A DNA stretch of 64,000 nt, taken from assembly GCA_041657955.1 (NCBI GenBank), contig JBBABA010000006.1:64566-128565 (forward strand), given 5' to 3'. The stretch is from Thermoplasmata archaeon. GTDB lineage: Archaea > Thermoplasmatota > JASEFT01 > JBBABA01. Below the pieces are notes generated by a model. It was given only the letters and a program-made list of their open reading frames with translations. It searched no databases and was not told the DNA's origin. This document shows, in pieces, positions 38,811 through 48,981 of the stretch (its first letter is position 1; the number at the start of each line of letters is the position of its first letter). The position numbers and the translations under genes are program-made.

Positions 38811-39989
38811 CTACCCTCTTCTTTTCAACAATAACACGCTTGCCCCGAGCGTTAATAACGCAAACACTACCAATATTGTTATTTCGAACCAGATTTGACC
38901 GATTCCCCAACCGCGCAACATGATAGAGCGCTCCGCATCAATGCCATATTTTAATGGGATGATGTAACCTATCGGCCGGAGCAACGCAGGAACCGATTCT
39001 ATCGGCCAGAACAATCCGGCAAGCAGGACGGATGGGAATATTATCAGAGGTATGAACTGTATTGCCTGAAGCTCGTTCTTGGCCCATGACGAAAGCAATA
39101 TCCCTAGGCCCTGGTGGCCGACTGCCAAAAGCATCACGACGAACAATGCCAAGAGGATGTTCCCAGCTATCGTTATATTGAATACCAAGATCGCAGCGGA
39201 GAGTATTACTATACTTTGTATCATTCCGATGACTCCGAAAGCGAGTGCGTAGCCGAGTACTATCTCGACCTCGCTTGCGGGCGATGCCAAAAGCCGCTGG
39301 AGCGTACCGTTGCGCCTCTCGAACACGAATAATATTATCGTTATCATCGTCGTGACCATCATTATCGCAAACGATATGACTCCGGGTGCGAAGTAGTCGA
39401 TGAATTTCGTGTTCTCGCCGCCGTACGCATAATTGGCTGTGACGTTTATCGGAATCTCAGAAGCGGAGCGGTTCATCTCACGCGCAATGTCATTTATCGT
39501 GTTGATGATCGCCGTATTCACTGCTTTCATCACTGCTCCCGCCATGTTCGGGTTTGAACCGTCCAGGTAAATCTCGACGGCGGGGCGTATCGGAGCAATT
39601 GTATTTGTGACGTTTGTGCTGTTCGCCGCGTTAGTCGCACTCGCATTGAACGTCATGTACTTGACAAGATTACTCGTGAAGTTTGCAGGGAATATTATCG
39701 CGGCCCACGTCTTTCCATCGTCAACCAGTTTCTTCGAGGTAACCGTATCCGTTGACATTGTTATTGTCAAGGTATCGTGGTTCGTGTTGTTTATCACGCG
39801 GTCAGCAACATAGCCGACGTCCTGATTGATTACCTCAACCTTTACATTACTTACCTCCCCTCCGAAAGTGTAACCGAAAATCAGTATCATAAGAAGCGGC
39901 ATTACAAGCACGAACGCAAACGTACGCCTGTCATGCCTGAACTGCATAAGCGTTCTGCGGGTAAAGGCGAGTGTGCGGCGGGCGTTCAT
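38811..39989 (-). CDS. ABC-2 type transporter permease
   Basis: N-terminal TM, extracellular domain, ERRNGTLQRL and GLFWPIE..P. Confidence 0.92.
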   Translation of the reverse strand: MNARRTLAFTRRTLMQFRHDRRTFAFVLVMPLLMILIFGYTFGGEVSNVKVEVINQDVGYVADRVINNTNHDTLTITMSTDTVTSKKLVDDGKTWAAIIFPANFTSNLVKYMTFNASATNAANSTNVTNTIAPIRPAVEIYLDGSNPNMAGAVMKAVNTAIINTINDIAREMNRSASEIPINVTANYAYGGENTKFIDYFAPGVISFAIMMVTTMITIILFVFERRNGTLQRLLASPASEVEIVLGYALAFGVIGMIQSIVILSAAILVFNITIAGNILLALFVVMLLAVGHQGLGILLSSWAKNELQAIQFIPLIIFPSVLLAGLFWPIESVPALLRPIGYIIPLKYGIDAERSIMLRGWGIGQIWFEITILVVFALLTLGASVLLLKRRG

Positions 39990-40708
39990 TTCGCATCCCC
40001 CCTTGCCAAAGCCAAAAACGCATCCTCCAAAGACTTGGTGTCTGTCTTATTCATTATTTCATTGGGTTTCCCTTCGGCGATCAATTTTCCTTGCCGAAGA
40101 AGGCCCACTTTAGAGCAGTGACTGGCTTCGTCCATGTAGTGCGTCGTTATTATCACGGTGATGCCTTTCGCGGACATCGTATCAAAATATTTCCAGAATG
40201 TTGCTCTCAATTCCGGATCTACACCTACAGTCGGTTCGTCGAGGAAAAGCAAATGCGGTTCGTGAATTAGCGCACAAGCAAGGCTTACACGGTGTTTCAT
40301 ACCGCCGCTGAGAGTAGATACCAATGCATCGCGCCAATCCAAGAGATCCACGAATTTCAACATTTCCGCTTCCCGTTTTTCAATACGCTCGGCAGGCATG
40401 CAATAGATTCTCCCAAAGAGAAGGAGATTCTCGTGCACTGTGTTGTCCAAGTATATTGCGGTTTCCTGTGGCATATATCCGATTTCGTTCTTAACGACCG
40501 TAGATGGCAATAACTTTCCCAGCACCTTTACACTACCAGATGTCGGGCGGAGTAAATCGCAAAGTATTTTGATTGTCGTAGTCTTGCCTGAACCATTAGG
40601 CCCAAGCAATCCATATGTTTCGCCTTCGTTGACTTTTAGACTCAGAGCGTTTAAAGCAGTAAAATTCCCGAATTTTTTAGTTAGTTTTTCTGTTTCTATA
40701 GCTAACAT
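39986..40708 (-). CDS. ABC transporter ATP-binding protein
   Basis: GPNGSGKT, LSGGM, LDEPT and TTHYMDEA. Confidence 0.95.
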   Translation of the reverse strand: MLAIETEKLTKKFGNFTALNALSLKVNEGETYGLLGPNGSGKTTTIKILCDLLRPTSGSVKVLGKLLPSTVVKNEIGYMPQETAIYLDNTVHENLLLFGRIYCMPAERIEKREAEMLKFVDLLDWRDALVSTLSGGMKHRVSLACALIHEPHLLFLDEPTVGVDPELRATFWKYFDTMSAKGITVIITTHYMDEASHCSKVGLLRQGKLIAEGKPNEIMNKTDTKSLEDAFLALARGDAK

Positions 40709-40773
40709 TGTGTTGCCTCGAATGCGGGTGTGTTTTTGGACTATTTTTGTTTGATATCTGCTTGATGTTAATA

Positions 40774-42234
40774 TTATATATCAAAATACTGGTAATGTTC
40801 CCAAGGTGAAACATATACGCAGTAGTCGTTCCATTCCTTCCATTTTAGTTTTAAAAATTGTTCGAAAGAGTGTTTTCCAAGCGATTTTCGAACTACATCG
40901 TCTGTTTCCAGTTTAGAGAGTGCATCTCCGAGAGATGATGGTAATTGCTTAACGTTCAGTTCTCTTCTTCTTTCTTTGGATAACTGATATATGTTCTCGT
41001 TTATCGGCGGACCCGGTTCTATCTTCTTTTTTATTCCGTCTAGACCACACTGTAAAAGAACCGCAAACGTCAAATATGGATTGGCGGAAGGGTCCGGGTG
41101 CCTAACTTCGCAATTTATCTTGCTTGGATTGTCTATGTGCGCTGGGATTCGTATTAATGAACTTCTGTTTCTAACCGACCACGTGATATATACCGGTGCC
41201 TCTGAATCCGGAACAAGCCTTCTGTAGGAGTTTATCGTTGGGTTTGTAATGGCAGTCATCCCTTCAGCGTGCTCCAGAATGCCACCCATGAAGTATCTTG
41301 CAGTCTGACTTAAATTATATTCGTCGTCCTTGTCGTAAAATACGGGTTTACCTTTACTTTCCAAAAACATGTGTGCGTGCATACCGGAACCGCTGTCTGC
41401 AAATATCGGTTTTGGCATGTATGTGGCAAGCAATCCGTATTTCTTGGCGATTGCCTTTGAAACGAATTTGTACAGCATTGAAAAATCCGCAGCAATCACA
41501 GGCGAGGGGACTGCCTTAAATTCTATCTCAACCTGGCCGCTTCCTCCTTCATGATGATGGTATTTCACTGGAACGCCAAGTTTCATAAGTGTGCTCGCAA
41601 ATTCATTCCTGTATTCGTTTGTTTGATCGACAGGCGGTGCTGCGAAATATCCTCTTTTTGGTTTTATAAAATAATCGCTCGCCGAGTAATGCTCCAGCAA
41701 TTCCGGAATTACTTTTATGCTTCCCGAGCCGGCCTGACTGTCTGTGCTCCAGATATCGTTTTCGAGTATTGCCGCGTTCATAGATTTAAAAACATAGAAT
41801 TCTAACTCTGGTGAAATCCATGCTTTGTCGTATCCCATCTTCTGGGCGGCTTCCATTGCTTTTTTGGAAATATATCTTGGGTCACCCTCAAACGGCTTGA
41901 AGTCGGAACTCTCGTAAGCATCTGTGATTACCCTTGCTGTCTTCTGTTCCGGTTCGCCCCATGGTAAAACTACAAGTGTTTCTGGGTCAGGCACAGCAAG
42001 CATATCGGAATCGTCAACAGCTCTGAACCCTCTGACCGAAGAGCCGTCGAAGCCCATGCCGTGCTGCCATACTTTTCCGTTCAAGAAATCTTCTACGGGA
42101 CATGTGAATGAGCGCAGATGCCCGAGCAGATCTGTAAAATGGCCCTGCACCCACACAACCTTGTTATCTCTCAGATTTTTATTTTTTTGCGCGATTATGT
42201 CTCTTGAAGTTTCTTTTTTTGCCACGAATATCAC
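40774..42234 (-). CDS. glnA: Second glutamine synthetase type I family protein
   Basis: FDGSSVRG, PELEF, HHHE..GQVEI, GSGMH, NSYRRLVP..EAP and EVRHPDP. Confidence 0.9.
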   Translation of the reverse strand: MIFVAKKETSRDIIAQKNKNLRDNKVVWVQGHFTDLLGHLRSFTCPVEDFLNGKVWQHGMGFDGSSVRGFRAVDDSDMLAVPDPETLVVLPWGEPEQKTARVITDAYESSDFKPFEGDPRYISKKAMEAAQKMGYDKAWISPELEFYVFKSMNAAILENDIWSTDSQAGSGSIKVIPELLEHYSASDYFIKPKRGYFAAPPVDQTNEYRNEFASTLMKLGVPVKYHHHEGGSGQVEIEFKAVPSPVIAADFSMLYKFVSKAIAKKYGLLATYMPKPIFADSGSGMHAHMFLESKGKPVFYDKDDEYNLSQTARYFMGGILEHAEGMTAITNPTINSYRRLVPDSEAPVYITWSVRNRSSLIRIPAHIDNPSKINCEVRHPDPSANPYLTFAVLLQCGLDGIKKKIEPGPPINENIYQLSKERRRELNVKQLPSSLGDALSKLETDDVVRKSLGKHSFEQFLKLKWKEWNDYCVYVSPWEHYQYFDI

Positions 42235-42332
42235 CCAGGCAATATTTCATTGTTGTTTCCGTTACATTGTTTTCATTAGATAAAGTTTTTTATGAGTTTG
42301 AAATGAACTCGACCGCACTTAATTATTCAAAT

Positions 42333-43463
42333 TCATCTTTGTAAAATCGGCAATCTGCTTTTCAACGCGATAGCCTTATTCGGACACATTTCATGACAGC
42401 AATAGCAGAGAACGCATTTTCTCCTGTCAATTTTCGAGATTTTACCTTTTTCGCCTATTAATATCGCCTGTACTGGACATGCCTTTTCGCATGCATGGCA
42501 TTTTATGCATTTGTCCTCCAAAATAAACGGCATTCTTTTTGGAATAATTACTTTTGCCGTACAGGCAACGCTTTGCGGTATGTAATTAATTATTTTATAA
42601 TACCCTGCGGGTTTTTTGAATCTTATTTTTACATTTTTTATGCTTTCTCCGACTATTTCGATGTTTTCCAATCTCCCTTCTCCCAATCCACGCGATGATG
42701 CTATTCTCGTCGTATGGATTTTGAGCGGTTCAAATTCAATTATAGCCGAACAGACGGCATCGACGGAAACACAATCATAACCCGCGGCTATTAGGTTGCT
42801 TTTTATCGGTTTGCCTGCAGATGGCCCCGAGCCTTCCATTCCCAATATTCCGTCCATAATCGCCATGTCCGGTTTAATCATTGAATAAATATCTACGACT
42901 GCTTCGCTGAACTTCTCAGATGAAGTAGCAGTGTAATGCGTATGCCGCTTCATTGTAGAGGGGATCGCACCGTAAAAATTCTTGACCGCGCCAGTATAGA
43001 TAGTAAGCATATGCGTCTTTAACTTTGGAAGAGAGATAATCACATCCGCATCAATTACGGGTTTTGCGACTATAACTGATTTCAAAATTTCTCCGTTTGG
43101 ATTATCAAGTTTATACATTCCACTTTTCTCGAAATTAATCAACTCTACACCGTTTTCGTTAGCGATTTCTTCTATACCGGATGCTTTAAACGCTGTTGAT
43201 GTTGAATAGGCGGAGCCGCAACCATCGCCTATAACCGGAATCCCGCCCGCTTCTTTAACCAAATTTATCATGGTGCGTATAATTTCTGGATGCGTGGTTA
43301 CCGCCGCTTCCGGGGGTTTCGGCATAAGAACGTTCGGTTTTAACAAAACAGTATCGTCTTTTTTTACTATTTTCTTCATGCCGCCGATTAATTCGGCTGC
43401 TTTTCTGACAGCAGCATCTGCCTTGGCATAATCTTCGCATTTTACGATAGAAACGATGCTCAT
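42333..43463 (-). CDS. DUF362 protein with a C-terminal 2x[4Fe-4S] ferredoxin domain
   Basis: LLKPN, TTHP, LPKLKTH and GMEGSGP, plus two CxxCxxCxxxCP motifs. Confidence 0.92.
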   Translation of the reverse strand: MSIVSIVKCEDYAKADAAVRKAAELIGGMKKIVKKDDTVLLKPNVLMPKPPEAAVTTHPEIIRTMINLVKEAGGIPVIGDGCGSAYSTSTAFKASGIEEIANENGVELINFEKSGMYKLDNPNGEILKSVIVAKPVIDADVIISLPKLKTHMLTIYTGAVKNFYGAIPSTMKRHTHYTATSSEKFSEAVVDIYSMIKPDMAIMDGILGMEGSGPSAGKPIKSNLIAAGYDCVSVDAVCSAIIEFEPLKIHTTRIASSRGLGEGRLENIEIVGESIKNVKIRFKKPAGYYKIINYIPQSVACTAKVIIPKRMPFILEDKCIKCHACEKACPVQAILIGEKGKISKIDRRKCVLCYCCHEMCPNKAIALKSRLPILQR

Positions 43464-43533
43464 CGTTTAGTGATAAGGCGTTGGTATTTATAAAAGTATA
43501 ACGCAAAATGAATTGTAATTATAAGTAAAGCTT

Positions 43534-44316
43534 TCATTGATTCCTGAACGAACCAATCTTATTTTTCCTTTTGTTCATGTCGTCCAATATCTCTTTGATT
43601 CTTTGATTTATCTCGGCGATAACCACATTCTTTTCATCGATAGTTTTAACAGCGAATACAAGAGCGAGTTCCGTGGTTTTCTCACCCCTTTGCGTTACAT
43701 CCAATCTCGGCTCGAAATATTGGTCCAAATATTTTTTTACTTTGTGGCAGCTTTTTAGGACTTCATTTTCAAATTCCGGTAAATCGATTTTGTTGTCCAC
43801 TACAATGGAGACGGCGACTTCTTTTCCTACGTTTGATGTTTTATTTACAAATATTTCTGTGAGTAGCAATCTGTTTGGAATACTGATAAGTTCTTCTTTT
43901 TCTGTAATAATTATCGTATTCATGATGTTGATTTCTATAACTTTACCCGAGTATCCTTTTACTTCGATAACGTCACCAATTTTATACGGCGAATATACCT
44001 TTGAAAATGAGGCGATGGAAGCGCTTTGAAGGATGTCCTTTGTTGCAACAATGAAGCCAGCGCCGAGTAAGCCTATGAAGATAAGTAGCGTATTTATCTG
44101 AAAGTTAAATTGCGTGACTGCCACGACCAATCCGACAAACCATATCGCCCATATTACGTATTGGCTAACTACTGTTGCTAAATATGGAGATGTTGTTACA
44201 AGGGCTCGTCTGGCAATTCTTTTGAATATTAGGGTTATTATATACGTTGCAATTATTACGAGCGCGAAATTTATTATTTGGAAAATAAATGGATCTAATT
44301 CGTTCGATAGAATCAT
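43534..44316 (-). CDS. mscS: Small-conductance mechanosensitive channel
   Basis: Three TM helices, PYKIGDVIEV..G.V..I and IPN. Confidence 0.88.
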   Translation of the reverse strand: MILSNELDPFIFQIINFALVIIATYIITLIFKRIARRALVTTSPYLATVVSQYVIWAIWFVGLVVAVTQFNFQINTLLIFIGLLGAGFIVATKDILQSASIASFSKVYSPYKIGDVIEVKGYSGKVIEINIMNTIIITEKEELISIPNRLLLTEIFVNKTSNVGKEVAVSIVVDNKIDLPEFENEVLKSCHKVKKYLDQYFEPRLDVTQRGEKTTELALVFAVKTIDEKNVVIAEINQRIKEILDDMNKRKNKIGSFRNQ

Positions 44317-44423
44317 ATTTTACGATATGTATTTTTACATAATAAAGTTTTATAAGTTTTGACAGTTCTTCAATTTAACGAGTCAGTATAGCAAAATTAA
44401 TATTATATACACACATATAGCAA

Positions 44424-45101
44424 TTGTCAGGGGATGGGGGTTTGTCGACAAAAACTGTCAAAAACAACGTATTTGTCTTTTATACAAGCGTATATCAAAA
44501 TGAATTAACTGGAGAAACGGCAAAAAACCTAAAAGAGTTTGTTGGTTGCATAAAGAAAATCGACGACACGTCTCTTTTTTACCATTTATATAGTTCACTT
44601 CTTAGCCATCATTTTGTACCTCCGGAATACCCCAACGATTTTGCATACTGGACTGCAGACACTTTGCAAGAGTTCGACCTTGCAGAACGCCTTTCTAGTT
44701 TGGATCTCGGCAAAACTACAGAAATTGCCATTCTTAGAAGAAAAATTGTAAACATAATTGAAAAACACATAAAATCCAATGGTTCCAGAACTGTTCCCGA
44801 AGGGGTCGAGTTCCACTTTCTTAAACGTGTAATAGTGATCCTTCCCACGGCATATACCGCCAAAAATTTAAAAGAGTTTACCGGTGTCCTGGAGAATATA
44901 GATACAAAATCTATTTTTTATCATTTGTTCGTTTCGAAACTTCTCCTTAAACGCCGAGTAAATGATTTTTCATTGTGGTTGGAACGAAACGGTAACAAAA
45001 AAGCAGCCGAAGCGATTTCTAAGATAGACCCGTATGATTATAGAGATCTGAATGATGTTAGGAAGAAGATGGTCAGTGCTTTGAAAGAACATAAACGATA
45101 A
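44424..45101 (+). CDS. DUF5752-like protein
   Basis: Two internal repeats of A.NLKEF...I...S.FYH...NDF..W; overlaps the treT start. Start may be 44442. Confidence 0.82.
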   Translation: MSGDGGLSTKTVKNNVFVFYTSVYQNELTGETAKNLKEFVGCIKKIDDTSLFYHLYSSLLSHHFVPPEYPNDFAYWTADTLQEFDLAERLSSLDLGKTTEIAILRRKIVNIIEKHIKSNGSRTVPEGVEFHFLKRVIVILPTAYTAKNLKEFTGVLENIDTKSIFYHLFVSKLLLKRRVNDFSLWLERNGNKKAAEAISKIDPYDYRDLNDVRKKMVSALKEHKR

Positions 45102-46339
45102 TGGTGGCGTGCATGGTTCTCCCTTTGCGGAAATATGAAAAAGTTGTCGGAAAAGAAGAAATAGACGATATCCTCGCGCTTTCAGAAAAACTTCGTGGGA
45201 AAAGGATACAACATATAAATTCCACTGCGGTCGGCGGGGGCGTAGCAGAAATATTGGCGCGCATGGTTCCGCTCCTAAACGAGGTTGGAATTAGAACTAC
45301 GTGGGACATTATCAAAGGTGGCGGGGATTTTTTCAAAGTTACAAAAGCGTTTCACAATGCACTTCATGGAAAGAGCGAGAAAATTGACAAAAATATGTTT
45401 GACATATATCTCAGAAACAATGAAATCAACGCAGAAAATATGAATATCGGTGCCGATTTTGTCTTCATACATGATCCGCAACCAGCGGCATTAATTGACA
45501 CTGTAAAAAGAAAACGAGGCAAGTGGATATGGAGATGTCATATCGATGTTTCTAGGCCTCAATTGGACGTGTGGCAATTTTTGAAGAAGTTCATAAAGAG
45601 ATACGACGCGGCGATATTTTCCACTCCTTTCTTTGCGAGAAAGGATTTGAGTATCAGGCAGTTTATGGTGCCGCCTTCAATAGACCCGTTCAGTGAAAAA
45701 AACAGAGAAATATCTGAAAAAGAGATTCAAACAGTTTTAGAGAAATACGATATCAATCCAAACAAACCGATAATCACACAGATATCCAGATTCGACAGGT
45801 TAAAAGATCCTTCTGGTGTAATAAAAGCATACAGGATTGTTAAACAACATATGGATTGTCAATTAGTTTTGACTGGGAGTTTTGCCACAGACGACCCCGA
45901 AGGTCTAGAGGTATACCGGGAAATCCATAAAATGAAGAGAAACGATAAGGACATTCATATACTCGTGCTGCCGCCCTTTAGCGATTTAGAAATTAACGCG
46001 CTTCAGCGAGCATCCACTGTCATTGTACAAAAATCCATAAAAGAGGGTTTTGGCTTAACGGTTGCAGAAGCACTTTGGAAAAAGAAACCAGTTGTTGCGA
46101 CTGCTACTGGTGGCATTACACTTCAGGTAAAGAACGGTTTAACAGGATGCCTTGTGTACTCAATAGAAGGCGCAGCATACAAAATAAAATACCTATTAAA
46201 TAATCCAGAATTTGCGAAGAAACTTGGAACACGTGGAAGAGAGTATGTCCGACAAAATTTTCTTCTTACGAGACACTTGAGAAACTATTTAACAGTAATA
46301 CACGCGATCGAAAATGAATCGAATATCATTAACCTATAA
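45101..46339 (+). CDS. treT: Trehalose glycosyltransferring synthase (GT4)
   Basis: INSTAVGGGVAEIL, HDPQP, WRCHID, QISRFDRLK, DDPEG and EGFGLTVAEA. Confidence 0.88.
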   Translation: MVACMVLPLRKYEKVVGKEEIDDILALSEKLRGKRIQHINSTAVGGGVAEILARMVPLLNEVGIRTTWDIIKGGGDFFKVTKAFHNALHGKSEKIDKNMFDIYLRNNEINAENMNIGADFVFIHDPQPAALIDTVKRKRGKWIWRCHIDVSRPQLDVWQFLKKFIKRYDAAIFSTPFFARKDLSIRQFMVPPSIDPFSEKNREISEKEIQTVLEKYDINPNKPIITQISRFDRLKDPSGVIKAYRIVKQHMDCQLVLTGSFATDDPEGLEVYREIHKMKRNDKDIHILVLPPFSDLEINALQRASTVIVQKSIKEGFGLTVAEALWKKKPVVATATGGITLQVKNGLTGCLVYSIEGAAYKIKYLLNNPEFAKKLGTRGREYVRQNFLLTRHLRNYLTVIHAIENESNIINL

Positions 46340-46408
46340 TCGTTGGCAATTGTCCATATAATCCCTACAACAATAAAAAATGGAGCAATATCGTATGGAG
46401 TAAAAATT

Positions 46409-47803
46409 ATGAAAACATCGTTCGATATTTGTGTGAGTTCGCAAACACCGTTAGTAACGTTCAAATTGACCTCCGAAGAACTGACTAAAAAATACGGCAA
46501 ATTCTCGGAGCCAATCGACATAAAAAATCTCAGGGAATCCGTAGATTATGATTTCACGCCTGGCGGCGTACCTAAGATGGTTCACCCATCATTAAGAGAG
46601 ATGAAAGCACGTGGGATTGTGAACAAAGCATTTTGGGTGGCACTAAATCAAATCGGACCTAGTCAAATTCTGGTGGATAATATTGTCGGCGTCCACGTAA
46701 AATTAAGAACCGAGATACGGGGCGGGTATGGCGCAGCTAAAGAAACCTTGTGGAAAATTATTCACGGGATAGGCGAAGTTATTAAAGATCCGTCCACAGT
46801 CACATGGGGTGAAGATTATCTGTCATACCAGTATTACAACCGCCTGTGCAGCGAAAAAATGCTCGCGCTTCACAAAAAAGAAGATTTCGACATGTTCTAT
46901 GTCCACGATTTTCAAAATCTTCTTGTCGCTTCTATCCTAAGAAGTGTTGTAACGCCCAAGGTATTTAGGTGGCACATACCATTTAACGAAAAATCGATAC
47001 CGCCAAAATGGTACAGATACCTCTCCAAATATTTCGGATATTACGACAGCATAATAGTGAGTTGCAGAAGATATGTGGACATCTTAAAGAACGTTGGCTT
47101 TAAGGGAAAAATGTACCAGGTGTATCCCCATTTGGACGAGAAGGCGTATTGCAGACCGTCACAAAATGCGGTAGAACAGCTTTGTTATAAGTATGGGATA
47201 GAAAGTGACGATAAGGTTATCCTAACTGTTGCCAGAATGGATCCGATGAAGGGGCAAGATATAGCGATAAAGGCGATGTCACAGGTTGTAAAACGTATTC
47301 CGAGCGCTAAATTATTGCTGATAGGCAACGGAAGTTTTTCAAGTTCTAAAAAAAGCGGTGTCGGCCTATCTAAAGCAGACAGCTGGCGCGAAAAACTTTT
47401 AAAATTAACTCAAGAACTGCATATCGATCAAAATGTGATATTCGTCGGGCATGCGGAGCACAAAGAATTAGAATGTGCATACGCAAGATGTGATGCTACA
47501 TTATTACCGTCTACAATGGAAGGATTCGGTTTGGTGGTGATCGAAGGCTGGTTGTATGAGAAACCCGCAATAGTCAGCTCAGAGGCGGGCGTGGCTGAAC
47601 TTGTTAAAGATGAAAATAGCGGGTTAATCTTTAATTCCGGGAACGATTCGGAACTCGCCGAAAAAATTACTGATTTGCTCTCGAAATCAGAGGTTGCAAA
47701 CGATCTGGGCGAGCGCGGATTTGAATGCGCAAAGAAATGTTATCTTGAAAATGGAGTAAAATCTGTTTCTGAAGTATTACAAAATACAATCGAAGGCCGG
47801 TAA
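46409..47803 (+). CDS. GT4 glycosyltransferase (TreT/OtsA-like)
   Basis: PGGV, HDFQ, WHIPF, ARMDPMKGQ and EGFGLVVIE. Start placed at ATG 46409 after GGAG. Confidence 0.88.
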   Translation: MKTSFDICVSSQTPLVTFKLTSEELTKKYGKFSEPIDIKNLRESVDYDFTPGGVPKMVHPSLREMKARGIVNKAFWVALNQIGPSQILVDNIVGVHVKLRTEIRGGYGAAKETLWKIIHGIGEVIKDPSTVTWGEDYLSYQYYNRLCSEKMLALHKKEDFDMFYVHDFQNLLVASILRSVVTPKVFRWHIPFNEKSIPPKWYRYLSKYFGYYDSIIVSCRRYVDILKNVGFKGKMYQVYPHLDEKAYCRPSQNAVEQLCYKYGIESDDKVILTVARMDPMKGQDIAIKAMSQVVKRIPSAKLLLIGNGSFSSSKKSGVGLSKADSWREKLLKLTQELHIDQNVIFVGHAEHKELECAYARCDATLLPSTMEGFGLVVIEGWLYEKPAIVSSEAGVAELVKDENSGLIFNSGNDSELAEKITDLLSKSEVANDLGERGFECAKKCYLENGVKSVSEVLQNTIEGR

Positions 47804-47817
47804 TTTAAATCATAAAT

Positions 47818-48495
47818 TTAAGCCTTAACTTTTTTATTTTTTAATGCCATATCTATAAACTCGGCTACACCCGCGCCGTACGAATTCTTGCATATAATAT
47901 CGGCGTTTCTTTTCAAAAGTTCTACTGCATTCGCTACAGCAACTCGCGTTCCCGCTACAGAAAACATCTCCAAGTCGTTCTCGCCGTCGCCAATAACCGC
48001 AAGATTTCTTTTGTTTATTTCGAGAATCTTTAGTGCTTTTAGAAGTCCGATGCCTTTATCGACGTCGGGTGGCAGAAGCATCATTGAATCTATGTTGCGA
48101 ATTAACTTCACGTTTATATTTTTAGTTTCAATAATTTTCAGTAACTTTTTCTCGTATTCCACTTTAGTCGAAGCTATAACCTCGCCGAACTCTATCGGAA
48201 AATCTGCATTGTCCAATAGGGTTCTGAGATCTAGATCGATGTTGGACGTTAGAATTTTTTTGTTTCCTTTTTGGAAAAACAGCACCGCACCGTTCTCTGC
48301 CACCAATATGTCAGCAATACCGTATTTTCTGTTTAATTTCGTCAAAAAATCCGTAGTTCTTCCAGAAACAACTATCGTTGTTATTCCATGTTTTCTTGCA
48401 AGTCTTAATGATTTAATGCCTTCTTTGGAAATTTCTAAAAAGTTATCCGTTAGTGTCCTGTCGTAATCACAACCAACGGCGAGTATGCGATTCAT
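47818..48495 (-). CDS. HAD-IIB phosphatase (SPP/phosphoglycolate phosphatase-like)
   Basis: DYDRTLT, SGR, ENG, DKG, GDGEND and ANA. Confidence 0.9.
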   Translation of the reverse strand: MNRILAVGCDYDRTLTDNFLEISKEGIKSLRLARKHGITTIVVSGRTTDFLTKLNRKYGIADILVAENGAVLFFQKGNKKILTSNIDLDLRTLLDNADFPIEFGEVIASTKVEYEKKLLKIIETKNINVKLIRNIDSMMLLPPDVDKGIGLLKALKILEINKRNLAVIGDGENDLEMFSVAGTRVAVANAVELLKRNADIICKNSYGAGVAEFIDMALKNKKVKA

Positions 48496-48513
48496 GGTCT
48501 TTCCGCCTCTCGT

Positions 48514-48981
48514 TTAATCTACAAAAAACTTCTTTGCCTCTTTTATTATCTCCAAACTGTTAAGTTCGCCCACTAAATGCCCTTCGTCGTCTATAACCGG
48601 CAGATCGTTCAGGTGATTTTCAACCATTAACTTGGTTGCATCGACTAGCGCATCCTCTTTTGTCACTGTAATCGGTGTTTTGTTCATAAAATCGTCCACA
48701 TCTTCCTTAAAAATTTCACCTAGAAACTTAAAAAAAGAAGTCAATCCCTCTTTTCGTGCCCCGGTTCTATATCCTACCTGTCGCAAGAGTGTTTCTATTG
48801 TTATTGTGCCGACCAATTTATTCTCTTTGTCTACAATATATACCTTACGTGTTATCGGCCTGTCCACTAGCGCATCCAGTGCCTCCCTCAATTTTGAACC
48901 TTTTTTAGCAACAGCGGGCTTAGTTACCAGAAGGTTATATACATCCCCCACTAGCAAGTCCTTGAAATCCTTTTCGATCAT
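48514..48981 (-). CDS. CBS-domain protein
   Basis: Two CBS motifs (YIVD..KLVG.I and LPVID..GHLVG). Confidence 0.9.
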   Translation of the reverse strand: MIEKDFKDLLVGDVYNLLVTKPAVAKKGSKLREALDALVDRPITRKVYIVDKENKLVGTITIETLLRQVGYRTGARKEGLTSFFKFLGEIFKEDVDDFMNKTPITVTKEDALVDATKLMVENHLNDLPVIDDEGHLVGELNSLEIIKEAKKFFVD

